Shown here: one piece after another, positions 29,929 through 40,158 of the stretch
Layout of the letters: every line of letters begins with the position of its first letter
Position numbering within the stretch: the stretch's first letter is position 1
Assembly (NCBI GenBank): GCA_008080735.1
Contig: SHMW01000014.1
Location: 11,490-75,489 of the forward strand
DNA length: 64,000 nucleotides
Reading direction: 5' to 3'
Source of the DNA: Promethearchaeota archaeon
GTDB lineage: Archaea; Asgardarchaeota; Lokiarchaeia; Sigyniarchaeales; SOKP01
The notes under the pieces: model-generated
What the model was told of the DNA's origin: nothing
The model's input: the letters and a program-made list of their open reading frames with translations, nothing else
The model's database searches: none
Translations under genes and position numbers: made by a program

Positions 29929-31437
29929 GTGAATTTTTTCATGGAAAATCATGGGATTAAAGATTTTATCGAGACTTATTATAGCCTTATTTTAATTATA
30001 GCTATTATAATATTGGTTTCACTAACAAATCTTGTTAATTTTTTGTTATTCCATACTATTACAGAGCTTTTTAGTATTGTTATTGCGATAAGTATTTTTA
30101 TTCTTGGGTGGCATACTCAACAATATACAAACTCACAGTTCTTTATTCGGTTCGGAATCGGTGCGGTTTTTGTTGCGATAATAGATTTACTGCATACTCT
30201 TTCTTATGAAGGTTTGGGTATTTTTAGACAATATGATGCCAACCTTCCTACTCAATTATGGATCTTAGGGCGTTATATACAATCGAGTTCATTTATTATT
30301 GCTTTAATCCCTTTCTCCATTAAAAAAGATCATTATTACTTAATTCTTCTTTATGGTATTGCTAGCATAATGCTCATAACTAGCATTTTCACTGGAATTT
30401 TTCCCGACTGTTATATTTCGGGTATAGGGCTGACACCTTTCAAAATCATTAGTGAATATATAATAATTTTGCTTCTCGCGATTGCTATACTCATACTCTA
30501 TTTGGAAAAGAGGAACTACTCAAAGGATCTCTCTATATTAATCAGTTTATCTCTCCTCTCAACTATTGTATCAGAATTCGCATTTACTTTATACATTAAT
30601 GTCTATGGTTTTTCTAATTTCATTGGACATATTTTTAAGATTTTATCCTTCTTTTTTATCTATGTTGGGGTTATCCAGATAGGATTAAAAGATCCAATGC
30701 GAGTTTTATTTAGACAGCTAAAAGAGAGAGAAGAATCGCTAAATCAAGCCTATAATCGTACTAATTTTTATAAAAATTTATTTGCACACGATATAAATAA
30801 TATTTTCCAAAATATTCTCTCCTCCTTGGAACTTTACGATTTGGAGGGAAAAAATATTGAGAAATATCATGATAGTATAAAAAATCAATTAATTCGAGGA
30901 AATAAATTAGTTAAAAATGTGATAAAACTTACCGAGCTTGATGAATATAAAGAAGAATTAAAAAAGATGAGTCTTCACCAAGCACTCGAACATGCGATCT
31001 CATTTTTAAAGGAAAGCTATTCTAACAAAAGTATTAAAATAGATTTAAATCTTCCTGAAGAACCAATAAAGATACAAGCTAATGAACTCATAAACGATAT
31101 TTTTGAGAACATTTTAATCAATGCGGTCAAATATAATCAAAATAATCTTATAAAAATTAAGATAAAGACTTCGATAATAACTAAGAAAAACCAGCAGTAT
31201 TCTAAAATACAGTTCATTGATAATGGAATTGGAATACATCCTTCAAGGAGAGAAGAAATTTTTAAAACGGACATCCAAAAGACTTCAAAAACAAAAGGAT
31301 TGGGTTTGGGACTTTCCCTCGTAAAGAAAGTAATCGAGCTCTATAATGGAGATCTTTGGGTAGAGTCTCGAGTGGAAGGTGAGTATGAAAAAGGAAGTAA
31401 TTTTGTCCTTATCATACCGCTAGCTGAAGAGAAATAA
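29929..31437 (+). CDS. MASE3 membrane-sensor histidine kinase
   Basis: NFLLFHTITELFSI, DLLHTLSYEG, NLPTQLWI, GLTPFKIISEY (MASE3), then AHDINNIFQNI and a HATPase domain. Confidence 0.9.
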   Translation: MNFFMENHGIKDFIETYYSLILIIAIIILVSLTNLVNFLLFHTITELFSIVIAISIFILGWHTQQYTNSQFFIRFGIGAVFVAIIDLLHTLSYEGLGIFRQYDANLPTQLWILGRYIQSSSFIIALIPFSIKKDHYYLILLYGIASIMLITSIFTGIFPDCYISGIGLTPFKIISEYIIILLLAIAILILYLEKRNYSKDLSILISLSLLSTIVSEFAFTLYINVYGFSNFIGHIFKILSFFFIYVGVIQIGLKDPMRVLFRQLKEREESLNQAYNRTNFYKNLFAHDINNIFQNILSSLELYDLEGKNIEKYHDSIKNQLIRGNKLVKNVIKLTELDEYKEELKKMSLHQALEHAISFLKESYSNKSIKIDLNLPEEPIKIQANELINDIFENILINAVKYNQNNLIKIKIKTSIITKKNQQYSKIQFIDNGIGIHPSRREEIFKTDIQKTSKTKGLGLGLSLVKKVIELYNGDLWVESRVEGEYEKGSNFVLIIPLAEEK

Positions 31438-31458
31438 GAGCAAATTCTGTTAATATCT

Positions 31459-32772
31459 TTAATTAAGATGTTTTGGAACTTTTTGTTTCTTGATAAGATC
31501 CTTAAATTCCTCAGCTTCACGAATAATATAGGATTTTTTACCCTTTATCAATACTTCAGGTGCTCTTGGTCTGGAATTATATACACTTGACATAACAAAA
31601 CCATAGGCTCCTGAATCAAGGATTGCCAAATAGTCTTCTTCAATCGGCTCTGGAAATTTTCTGTTCTTCCCCAATATATCTCCAGATTCACATATTGGTC
31701 CCGCAATGTCATATTCTTTTACATCCGAATTTTCATGTATCTGACAAGGAATAATATGATGATAAGAACCATACATAGTTGGTCTGATTAAAGTATTAAA
31801 ACCTGCATCTACCCCGAGGAATTTTTTATACCCATTATCCTTTTTTGTATTGATTTGAGTGAGAATAATTCCAGCTTCAGCAACAATGAATCGACCAGGT
31901 TCAATTTTTATTACAGGTTTGCCTATCTTATGCTGCTCAAGCAAATCTACCATTGGCTTAATAACGATTTCTTTATATTTATCTAAATCCAGTGGTTCTT
32001 GTTCGGGATTATATGGAATTCCTAATCCCCCTCCAAAATCTATGAACTCGAACTTAATATCAAGTGTGTCTGCTAAATTCATTACAATATCAATATATTT
32101 CCCAATTGCTTTTTCATAATCGGTTGCATCAATAATCCCAGATCCTATATGAATATGTGTACCAAATCGAGTAAATCCATAATCTTTCGCTTTTTTATAT
32201 GCTTCAATAACTTGATTATTTAATATTCCGAACTTAATTTCTCTTCCCGCGGTAATTGTATGTGCGTGATGTCCCGCCCCAAATTCAGGATTGATCCTAA
32301 ATGAAATCGCACCTTTCTCTTTCCCCAAATCTTCATAAATTCTCGTCAATCTGTCTAACTGGCTAATGCTATCTAAGTTAATACCAACACCATTCTCAAT
32401 AGCGTATCGAAAATCTTCATTAGTAAACATATTTCCAGTATATAATATCTTATCCGACGGAAATCCCGCTTTCAAAGAAAGAAAAACCTCCCCAGCAGAA
32501 CTACAATCTACACTGGCACCTTCAGAATTAAGGATCTTAAGCACAGAGAGGTTTGAGTTTGCTTTAACTGCATAATGAATCTCATTATTCGTATATACGG
32601 AATCCAAGAGCTCTTTCAGAACGTTATATCTCTCTCTGATTATAATTTCATTTATAACATATACAGGAGTTCCATATTGCTCAGCTAAATCATTACATCG
32701 GATATTACCGTAAAAAAGCTCATTGTTTTTGTACTCAAGATCTTTTCTTTTTAACCAATCTTTTTTATTCAT
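31459..32772 (-). CDS. lysA: Diaminopimelate decarboxylase
   Basis: YGTP, YAVKAN (PLP Lys), HIHIGS, DFGGG, IEPGR, GPICESGD, GAYG, YNSRPR. Confidence 0.96.
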   Translation of the reverse strand: MNKKDWLKRKDLEYKNNELFYGNIRCNDLAEQYGTPVYVINEIIIRERYNVLKELLDSVYTNNEIHYAVKANSNLSVLKILNSEGASVDCSSAGEVFLSLKAGFPSDKILYTGNMFTNEDFRYAIENGVGINLDSISQLDRLTRIYEDLGKEKGAISFRINPEFGAGHHAHTITAGREIKFGILNNQVIEAYKKAKDYGFTRFGTHIHIGSGIIDATDYEKAIGKYIDIVMNLADTLDIKFEFIDFGGGLGIPYNPEQEPLDLDKYKEIVIKPMVDLLEQHKIGKPVIKIEPGRFIVAEAGIILTQINTKKDNGYKKFLGVDAGFNTLIRPTMYGSYHHIIPCQIHENSDVKEYDIAGPICESGDILGKNRKFPEPIEEDYLAILDSGAYGFVMSSVYNSRPRAPEVLIKGKKSYIIREAEEFKDLIKKQKVPKHLN

Positions 32773-32830
32773 TTTAAAATTTTTTAATTATACTTATTTT
32801 TGATTAAACCAATATAAGGTACAAAATATT

Positions 32831-33718
32831 CTAGAATTCAAGTTGTTTTATTTGGCCTATAAAAACCCTTTCTACGGGTCCTTCCATAAGAACATTTTCT
32901 CCATCGAAACTAATAATAAGATCCCCTCCATCATTATGGACAACCACTGATTCACCTCTTTTAAATTTCCCAAGGATCACTCCCGCCACAATGGAGGCAC
33001 AACTACCCGTTCCGCAAGAATTGGTAATACCAACCCCTCGCTCAAAGACCCTTACTGTACATTCATGTGGTGAGATGACTTTCACAAATTCAACGTTAGT
33101 CTTATTTGGAAAGCGTTTATGAGTTTCTATCGCAGAACCATATTTATTCAAGTCATTATCATCTAATTGCTCGTCTACAAAAATCACCGCATGTGGATTT
33201 CCCATTGAAACTGCTGAAATATTAAAAATCTTATCCAAGACGGGGAGAGCTTCGTTAATACATTCGAAGGAATCATTCTTATCAGGAATAATTGGAATTT
33301 CTTCACATTGTAATATAGGTTCTCCCATATTTATTTCCACGCTTGTCACCTCCTCAACTTCTGCTAGCTTTAATCTAGCATGGATAATACCCTTTAAAGT
33401 TTCAACATCAAATTCTTGTGATTTTATGATATTATGTTCATAGATGTATTTAGAGAAACATCGAATCCCGTTACCGCACATCTCCGCCTCGGTTCCGTCA
33501 TTATTAAAAATTCTCATCTTAATTTCTGCTATTTGGGAATCACATACATATATTAGCCCGTCAGCACCGATAGAAAAATGCCATTCACAGAGTTTCTCCG
33601 CTAGTTTCGCCTTTTTATTTTCCGGAATTTGGAGTTCGAGATCATTCACAATAATATAATCATTCCCTAATCCGTGAAATTTTTCAAACTCAAAATTTTG
33701 TAGAATAAACCTTTCCAT
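32831..33718 (-). CDS. dapF: Diaminopimelate epimerase
   Basis: KFHGLGND, GADG, EMCGNGIRC, SMGNPH, ERGVGITNSCGTG. Confidence 0.96.
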   Translation of the reverse strand: MERFILQNFEFEKFHGLGNDYIIVNDLELQIPENKKAKLAEKLCEWHFSIGADGLIYVCDSQIAEIKMRIFNNDGTEAEMCGNGIRCFSKYIYEHNIIKSQEFDVETLKGIIHARLKLAEVEEVTSVEINMGEPILQCEEIPIIPDKNDSFECINEALPVLDKIFNISAVSMGNPHAVIFVDEQLDDNDLNKYGSAIETHKRFPNKTNVEFVKVISPHECTVRVFERGVGITNSCGTGSCASIVAGVILGKFKRGESVVVHNDGGDLIISFDGENVLMEGPVERVFIGQIKQLEF

Positions 33719-33886
33719 ATTTTCAATTTTATAGTAGTAGTATAATTTATTAAAAATAGTTCCAAAAAAATTTCTATTATGGATTGAAACCTATTCTTGA
33801 ATGTATGGTAAATAAAAATTTAAGCAATTGATTATTTTCTAAATCAAAGATTTATCATTTAGAGACTTTCTTGTTGATTTAGAAAA

Positions 33887-35170
33887 ATGGGACTTACCAT
33901 AACTGAAAAGATATTACGAGATCACGCCCAAAATGACAAAGTGGTGGCTGGAGATTTCATCTTTGCCGATATTGACAAATGTTTGGCAAATGATATAACA
34001 GCACCTATTGCAATTGATGTATTCGAAGAAGTGGTAAAAGGAACTGATAAGACTGTTTTTGACAATGAAAAAATCATCCTCACGCCAGATCATTTTACTC
34101 CTAATAAAGATGTTGAATCTGCTCAGCAATGTCAAATTATGAGGGATTTCGCTCATAAATACCATATCACAAATTATTTTGAGATGGGGAGAGTTGGTAT
34201 TGAACATTGTCTTATCCCCGAACAAGGATTAGTCGTACCTGGTGATCTATTTATCGGAGCCGACTCACATACTTGCACATATGGTGCTTTAGGCGCTTTC
34301 TCCACAGGTGTGGGTTCCACAGACTTGGGAGTAGCTATGGCATTAGGGAAATGTTGGTTGAAAATACCCGAAACTATAAAATTCATCTATTCTGGGGATT
34401 TAAATAAATGGGTTTCAGGAAAAGATTTGATCTTGTATACAATTGGGCAAATCGGAGTCGATGGTGCGACATATAAGGCAATGGAATTTGCAGGAGAAGT
34501 TATAGAGAATCTTTCAATGGCAAATCGGTTTACTATATGCAATATGGCAATTGAGGCGGGAGGAAAAAATGGTATCATTGTCCCAGATAATATTACTAAA
34601 AAATATGTGGACCAATTAGAATTAAATCAACTTAAATTTTATAAAAATGATAATGATGCGGAATATGAGGAAGTTTACGAATTTGATTGCGCTAAAATCG
34701 AACCGCAGGTGGCATATCCACACCTTCCGGAGAATACAAAACCCATATCTGAAGCCCATAATGATAGAATTAAACTCAATCAAGTGGTAATAGGATCATG
34801 CACTAATGGGAGATTGGAAGATTTAGAAATTGCCGCTTCTCTACTCAAGAATCGAAAAATTCATCCAGACATAAGATGTATTATAATCCCTGGGACGCAA
34901 CAAATCTATTTGGAAGCAGTAAAACAAGGGTTGGTGGAGATTTTTCTTACGAGTGGAGCAATTGTTTCAACTCCTACTTGCGGACCTTGTCTTGGAGGAC
35001 ATATGGGTATTCTTGCTGCAGGAGAAAAAGCTCTATCCACCACAAACAGAAATTTTCTAGGACGTATGGGGCATATAGAAAGTGAAATTTATCTTTCCAG
35101 TCCAGCTATTGCCACTGCTTCTGCAATAACGGGATATATTACATCTCCCAAATATCTTGACAATCCTTAG
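33887..35170 (+). CDS. leuC: 3-isopropylmalate dehydratase large subunit (aconitase family)
   Basis: [37 protein letters not shown]. Confidence 0.9.
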   Translation: MGLTITEKILRDHAQNDKVVAGDFIFADIDKCLANDITAPIAIDVFEEVVKGTDKTVFDNEKIILTPDHFTPNKDVESAQQCQIMRDFAHKYHITNYFEMGRVGIEHCLIPEQGLVVPGDLFIGADSHTCTYGALGAFSTGVGSTDLGVAMALGKCWLKIPETIKFIYSGDLNKWVSGKDLILYTIGQIGVDGATYKAMEFAGEVIENLSMANRFTICNMAIEAGGKNGIIVPDNITKKYVDQLELNQLKFYKNDNDAEYEEVYEFDCAKIEPQVAYPHLPENTKPISEAHNDRIKLNQVVIGSCTNGRLEDLEIAASLLKNRKIHPDIRCIIIPGTQQIYLEAVKQGLVEIFLTSGAIVSTPTCGPCLGGHMGILAAGEKALSTTNRNFLGRMGHIESEIYLSSPAIATASAITGYITSPKYLDNP

Positions 35171-35206
35171 ACTATACAATCAAAAAACAAAACTATTGAT
35201 AAAAAA

Positions 35207-35704
35207 ATGAATGGAATTGTATTAAAATACGAAGAAAAGAATATTAATACAGATCTGATAATTCCAGCACGATTCCTAAACAAATCGGATTTTGATCATC
35301 TCGCAGAGCATTGTATGGAAGATTTAGACCCCAATTTCCATAAAAGAAAACAAGACTTAAATGCATCTATATTAGTTGGGGGTGCTAACTTTGGAAGCGG
35401 TTCAAGTAGAGAACAAGCACCTATTTCTCTCAAAGCGGCGGGAATAAAATGCATAATAGCACCATATTTTGCAAGGATCTTTTTTCGCAATTCGATTAAT
35501 ATTGGATTACCTATAATTGAATTTGTGGATATCTCTCAATTCTCAACGGGAGATCAGATAGAAATCTCCCTAGTGAAAGGTTTCATTAGAAATATCACTA
35601 CTGATAAGGAGTTTTCTATTAAAAAAATGCCGCCATTCCTCAGAGAGATCATTTCTGCGGATGGACTTATCAATTATGCTAGAAGTAAGATAATCGAAAT
35701 ATAA
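35207..35704 (+). CDS. leuD: 3-isopropylmalate dehydratase small subunit
   Basis: NINTDLIIPAR, NFGSGSSREQAP, FARIFFRNSINIGLP. Confidence 0.9.
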   Translation: MNGIVLKYEEKNINTDLIIPARFLNKSDFDHLAEHCMEDLDPNFHKRKQDLNASILVGGANFGSGSSREQAPISLKAAGIKCIIAPYFARIFFRNSINIGLPIIEFVDISQFSTGDQIEISLVKGFIRNITTDKEFSIKKMPPFLREIISADGLINYARSKIIEI

Positions 35705-35758
35705 ATATATATAAAGATTATTTACTATAAACAAAGCGGTTATTAATTTTTTGGAAAA

Positions 35759-36286
35759 ATGAAACAGCGAATATTGATATTTGTCCTATTTATCTTACTC
35801 TTATTTATTCCCTTTGGTCATGTGAAAGCTTTCGAAGATGCCGTAGAGATAGAAGAAAATACTCCCGTTTTTTATTTGTTTAGCTTAGAGAAAGATGCGC
35901 CTCTCAATAATATCAAAATAGATATTTCAAGGGAAAAAAAAGGGAATATCTCTGTTTTCCTTTTTGATAGGAGACCGATGACTAGCTATATCACTCCAAA
36001 TCAAACCTTAGATGATGCGATCTTTTCGGATTCAATCAATTTCACTGAATCGGAGACCCCATCGCTGAATGTAACCGCGTCTGAGGCAAAAATCTACTAC
36101 CTCGAGATTCTTATTTTTGCAAACGGGTCCGATATTTTATATGTCCAATCGAATAGAGAATTATCTCGCTATTATCTTCCCAGTATTCCTGGATTTCCCC
36201 TCGCAATTATGTTAGGTACGATTATTATCTCAGTATCAGTTCTATTCATCACCCAAAAAAGAAAGCTTAAAACTTCCACGATCTAG
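35759..36286 (+). CDS. Secreted protein with IPGF-type (Loki-CTERM/PGF-CTERM-like) C-terminal anchor
   Basis: N-terminal signal peptide; C-terminal SIPGFP + TM helix + KRKLK. Confidence 0.75.
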   Translation: MKQRILIFVLFILLLFIPFGHVKAFEDAVEIEENTPVFYLFSLEKDAPLNNIKIDISREKKGNISVFLFDRRPMTSYITPNQTLDDAIFSDSINFTESETPSLNVTASEAKIYYLEILIFANGSDILYVQSNRELSRYYLPSIPGFPLAIMLGTIIISVSVLFITQKRKLKTSTI

Positions 36287-36370
36287 ATTTTTTAAATATT
36301 ATACTATACCTTTTAAACTATTTTTTATTACTTTTCCGTAGTTCAATTTTGTAAAAAAAGTGATCTTAAG

Positions 36371-37153
36371 ATGGCGAAATTAAGTAAAAAACAGTATCTT
36401 CAAATTGGTAATATATTAGCGGTAATTGGAACTATCGTGGTTAATCTTTTGGCAAATGTGATTCCTATTGGTGGCAATACAACAGGGGATTTAGCTGAGG
36501 ATTATCCGAATTTATTCGTTCCTGCGGGATATGTCTTTTCCATATGGTTCATTATATACGTACTAATTGTGATTTTTGCTGTCTATCAAGCAAAAGACCT
36601 GTTTAAATCGGAAAAGGAAGATCTTCCTTTTATTGAAAAAATCAGTGTATTTTTCATTATCGGAAGTCTTGGAAACATTACATGGATCTTTTTCTGGCAT
36701 TATAAAGTGTTAATTGGAGCCTTGATTGCGATATTAATTCTGTTCCTCTCGCTGCTTATTATATACTGGAATTTGGAGATTGGTATTTCAGATGCTCCGC
36801 GAAATGAGAAATTATATGTTCATTTACCTATAAGTGTGTATTTTGGATGGCTCACTGTAGCGACAGTAGCCCAGATCGTCGCTCTTTTGGTTGATTTAGG
36901 TGTACCTAGCTTTGGTATTCTTGCGGATTTTTTAACAGTTGTAGTGATAATTGTTGTTCTACTGCTCGCTCTTATAAACCTTTATACTAGAGAGGATATA
37001 GCATATAATTTAGTCATTGTCTGGGCTTCTATTGGTATATTTGTAAAACAGTTGCCCTCAAATCTATTAATTTCTATTACTGCACTAATCGCAGCTCTCA
37101 TTGTCGGTATTTTTATCATATATTTAGTCTACAAGAAGTATATTAAAAAATAG
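36371..37153 (+). CDS. TspO/MBR-like tryptophan-rich sensory membrane protein
   Basis: NLLAN...YPNLFVPAGYVFSIWFIIY, NITWIFFW, SVYFGWLTVA; multiple TM helices. Confidence 0.7.
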   Translation: MAKLSKKQYLQIGNILAVIGTIVVNLLANVIPIGGNTTGDLAEDYPNLFVPAGYVFSIWFIIYVLIVIFAVYQAKDLFKSEKEDLPFIEKISVFFIIGSLGNITWIFFWHYKVLIGALIAILILFLSLLIIYWNLEIGISDAPRNEKLYVHLPISVYFGWLTVATVAQIVALLVDLGVPSFGILADFLTVVVIIVVLLLALINLYTREDIAYNLVIVWASIGIFVKQLPSNLLISITALIAALIVGIFIIYLVYKKYIKK

Positions 37154-37371
37154 ACACATGGCAAAATCAAAATTTACCCCAATTCTTTTTCTTTTTTTCC
37201 TTTTTAAGACTAATTGTCAATTTAATGTTTTTTTCCCAGATAATTGGAGTCAGAATTGATGAAACCTAAAAATCTAACACCTATCTCTATAGGAGAAATA
37301 GAATAACTCAAAAGCTCACTTTCTTTTTATTATTATCTTAACTACTTTCCTATTGGTTAAGTTTTGTTTTT

Positions 37372-37608
37372 TTATCAATATTCAATCTCAGCAATAATTT
37401 CAGGGTCTCCACTCTCGGGATCATCTTCTACAATAATATCGAGCTTATATCCCTGTTCATTGAATTCTCTCTTCACATTGCTTAGATTGATATAAGTACA
37501 GTTCCCCTTATTAAACACTATTTTATCTTTTATACTAATATCATATCACCATTTATTTTCATAATGACCTACTCTTATGAAATGATGTCCTGCAAATCAT
37601 CAACTCAT
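37372..37608 (-). pseudogene. Interrupted reading frame with in-frame TGA codons (pseudogene or recoded small gene)
   Basis: ATG at 37608 to TAA at 37372: MS**FAGHHFIRVGHYENKW*YDISIKDKIVFNKGNCTYINLSNVKREFNEQGYKLDIIVEDDPESGDPEIIAEIEY*(TAA); every * is TGA. Confidence 0.3.
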
Positions 37609-38000
37609 TTCTTAAGCTTAGGTGAGTCCTAATTTCCTTAATTCCTAAAAAAAAGGGTAACCTTTTAAACATTTCAAAATCCTACAAAGATCTCTACCTT
37701 ATAGGGGACAGTGTAAAATATGCAAAATTTTATAAAGGAAGGTTTAGTCATTCAAAAGACTTCATAATATTCTGATCATGTGGATTTATAAGGAAATTAA
37801 TGAATTTCGTAAATTTTAAAAACTTCAATTTTCCAAAAGCACTAAAAATTCCCAATTCCTTAAAGTCGTGATCTTACTACAACGATCAATTTTATATTTC
37901 ATTCTTCAATTTCTTAACTATACCTATTACTATAACAAATAACAATAAAAAGTGATGAGAAATTTCTTTCGAAGAGTTATCTAAAGAATTAGCAAAGCTC

Positions 38001-39167
38001 ATGGAAGATACGAAAGAGCTCGAACTTAAGGATGTAGATTTGTTCGCTGAATATTTAGAGTTTCAGATGCTTCCTACTATCGTCGCATCGGCAGCGCAAG
38101 CCGCAGGCTTACCCGCACCTGGTAAACTTGGAAAAGCAGAGTGGACATCAAAACAGTTTAAATTAGAGGTGCAATATCCTGGAGAAATCGAGACAATTCA
38201 ATTCATCCGATCGAATGGGAAAACGTGTACTATCGGTGGAGAAAAAGTCCCTCCATTTTATAGCTTTTTGGGAGTGGGTAAACAGAATCCTCATCCTCCC
38301 TTGATTACTTACGATGTATTTGATATGGGGGATAAGATGATGCTTCCAAAACCCATCAAGAACGAGTATAAAGATGTATTGGGTAATCCCGCAGAATGGG
38401 CTAAGTTTGCAGTTGATAAGTTTGGTGCGGAATGTATCACTTTTCACTCATTAGGAATTGACCCGGGAACACTTGATTGGCCAGTCTCAAAATCTAAAGA
38501 ATTATTTGAGGACGTGCTTCAAGCAGTCGACGTACCTGTTATTATTGGTTGTTCTGGAAACAAGGAAAAGGATGTAGAGATGTTTAAAGAGCTCGCAGCT
38601 ATGTCTGAAGATGATGTTTTAATGCTTTCGGCAGCTGATAAGGCTACCTGGGAGGAAGTTATCCCACTCGCAGTGAAATACGATCATAACTGCCTATTAT
38701 GGACATCCCTCGACTTAAACAATCAGATTAAAATGAATAAAGATGCAATCGAATTAGGTCTTCCGCGCAATCGCATCGTTATGGATCCCACCTGTGCTAC
38801 TTTGGGGTATGGTATGGAATATAGTTTCAGCATCTATCAGAGAATGAGGATGGCTGGACTCTTGGGTGAAGAAGATTTAGCCTATCCGATTAGTGGTGGT
38901 ACTACTAACGCATGGGGTGCTCGTGAAGCATGGATGAGTGAGAAAAAGACTCCAAGCGATTGGGGAGCGAGAGAATACCGAGGACCAATTTGGGAAATCT
39001 TGAATGCGTTGAGCTTATCGCTTGTTGGGCTTGATCTCGCAATGATGTTCCATCCAATATCAGCGAAGCATATGAAGGATATCACTACACAGTTCTTCGC
39101 AGAGATGCCAGAGACATTAGAAGATATGGGCTACTATAACTGGGTATCCGGTCAGATGAAGCGTTAA
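38001..39167 (+). CDS. cdhD: Acetyl-CoA decarbonylase/synthase delta subunit (corrinoid Fe-S protein small subunit)
   Basis: IGGEKVPPFY, TYDVFD, PAEWAKFAV, VLQAVDVPVIIGCSGN, MDPTCATLGYGMEYS, NAWGAREAW, MMFHP. Confidence 0.93.
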   Translation: MEDTKELELKDVDLFAEYLEFQMLPTIVASAAQAAGLPAPGKLGKAEWTSKQFKLEVQYPGEIETIQFIRSNGKTCTIGGEKVPPFYSFLGVGKQNPHPPLITYDVFDMGDKMMLPKPIKNEYKDVLGNPAEWAKFAVDKFGAECITFHSLGIDPGTLDWPVSKSKELFEDVLQAVDVPVIIGCSGNKEKDVEMFKELAAMSEDDVLMLSAADKATWEEVIPLAVKYDHNCLLWTSLDLNNQIKMNKDAIELGLPRNRIVMDPTCATLGYGMEYSFSIYQRMRMAGLLGEEDLAYPISGGTTNAWGAREAWMSEKKTPSDWGAREYRGPIWEILNALSLSLVGLDLAMMFHPISAKHMKDITTQFFAEMPETLEDMGYYNWVSGQMKR

Positions 39168-39168
39168 A

Positions 39169-39194
39169 TTTTATTTTCCTTTTTTTACTTTTTT
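39169..39194 (+). terminator. Oligo-T archaeal terminator after cdhD
   Basis: Consecutive T runs immediately after the stop codon, facing a convergent gene. Confidence 0.45.
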
Positions 39195-39394
39195 CCACAT
39201 ACATTATCATCGTATTCTGATTATTTTATAAGAGGTTTAAATGATCTATTGAATACAGAACGTATAATTTCCATGAAAACTTCAGAGAAATAGCTTGGTT
39301 TTTTTTGTGGAATGAAAAGAAATGAAGTTAAGGTTAAAACGTGCTTAAAAATGCATAGAGCTACAAATGAAATGCCTGCATTTTATCAGTGAAT

Positions 39395-39634
39395 TTATGA
39401 TTTTTGAATTTTCAGAAAATAGGTTTCGCCATTGATTTTATGCTCCACTACATCATGTCCCTCTTTTTCTGCGAAGCGTTTTATGTTTTCGGAAGCTTCC
39501 GCAAAGTCCCCAGTTATTTCGAGGATATCTCCCGAATTTAATTCTTTTAATTTCCTTTTCGTTTGTGCCACAGGCATCGGGCATACCATCCCTTCACATT
39601 TCAATTCATAATTAGTCATTATTTTTCCCTCCAA
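39395..39634 (-). CDS. tusA: TusA/SirA-family sulfur carrier
   Basis: LKCEGMVCPMPV (CPxP motif), GDILEI, ASENIKRF. Confidence 0.9.
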   Translation of the reverse strand: MEGKIMTNYELKCEGMVCPMPVAQTKRKLKELNSGDILEITGDFAEASENIKRFAEKEGHDVVEHKINGETYFLKIQKS

Positions 39635-39646
39635 TTAGAAGTATTA

Positions 39647-40006
39647 TTAACTAAACAATATTTTATCTGCTTCTATAGACATCTCTAAAAAGCCGTGCAT
39701 CGTAGTTTTTTCAATCCCATCCATTAATTCGTCCTCCTTCATACCTCTTGCTTTCATACATACCCCGCATGCTTTCACGTTCGCCCCTTCATCTAATACG
39801 TCCCGCAACCACTTTCCCACATTATCATAGTTTGATGGATCTTGTCCTCTTTTTCCTACAAAAATTCCATCTTCTACTAAAAAAATGTTCACCTTATGAC
39901 CATCTAATAAAGCGGTGTAAGCAAAACGTAACATAGTATAAGGTCTTTCTTTCGTGTAGGCGCCATCTCCAATAGCGATGGTGAAAATTTGGTGATCTTC
40001 CGTCAT
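39647..40006 (-). CDS. DsrE/TusD-family sulfur relay protein
   Basis: IFLVEDGI, KRGQDP, ACGVCMKARG. Confidence 0.88.
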   Translation of the reverse strand: MTEDHQIFTIAIGDGAYTKERPYTMLRFAYTALLDGHKVNIFLVEDGIFVGKRGQDPSNYDNVGKWLRDVLDEGANVKACGVCMKARGMKEDELMDGIEKTTMHGFLEMSIEADKILFS

Positions 40007-40096
40007 TTTTTAAATTTTCTATTTTAATTATAATAGTATAATAAATCAAACATTCGAAAATTTATTAATATTTTCGTAATGATTTATTTATAGTTT

Positions 40097-40115
40097 CGAT
40101 AAACTAATTAAATCG
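40097..40115. promoter_or_regulatory. LysR-box candidate (T-N11-A within a dyad)
   Basis: CGAT-N11-ATCG in the divergent lysR/dsrE promoter. A second dyad, CGAAAAT-N8-ATTTTCG, lies at 40055-40076. Confidence 0.45.
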
Positions 40116-40158
40116 CAAAATATTTTTTCTATCAGAGAAACCTTATAAGTGATTAGTT

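Noticed and set aside
33887-35704. Homoaconitase (AAA lysine pathway) assignment for the aconitase-family pair
   Set aside because: The adjacent lysine genes are DAP-pathway and the sequences resemble LeuC/LeuD; broad specificity cannot be excluded.
37630-37799. 11-bp inverted repeat TAATTTCCTTA/TAAGGAAATTA as possible MITE ends
   Set aside because: It is short and AT-rich, has no target-site duplication and no second copy was seen; compatible with chance.
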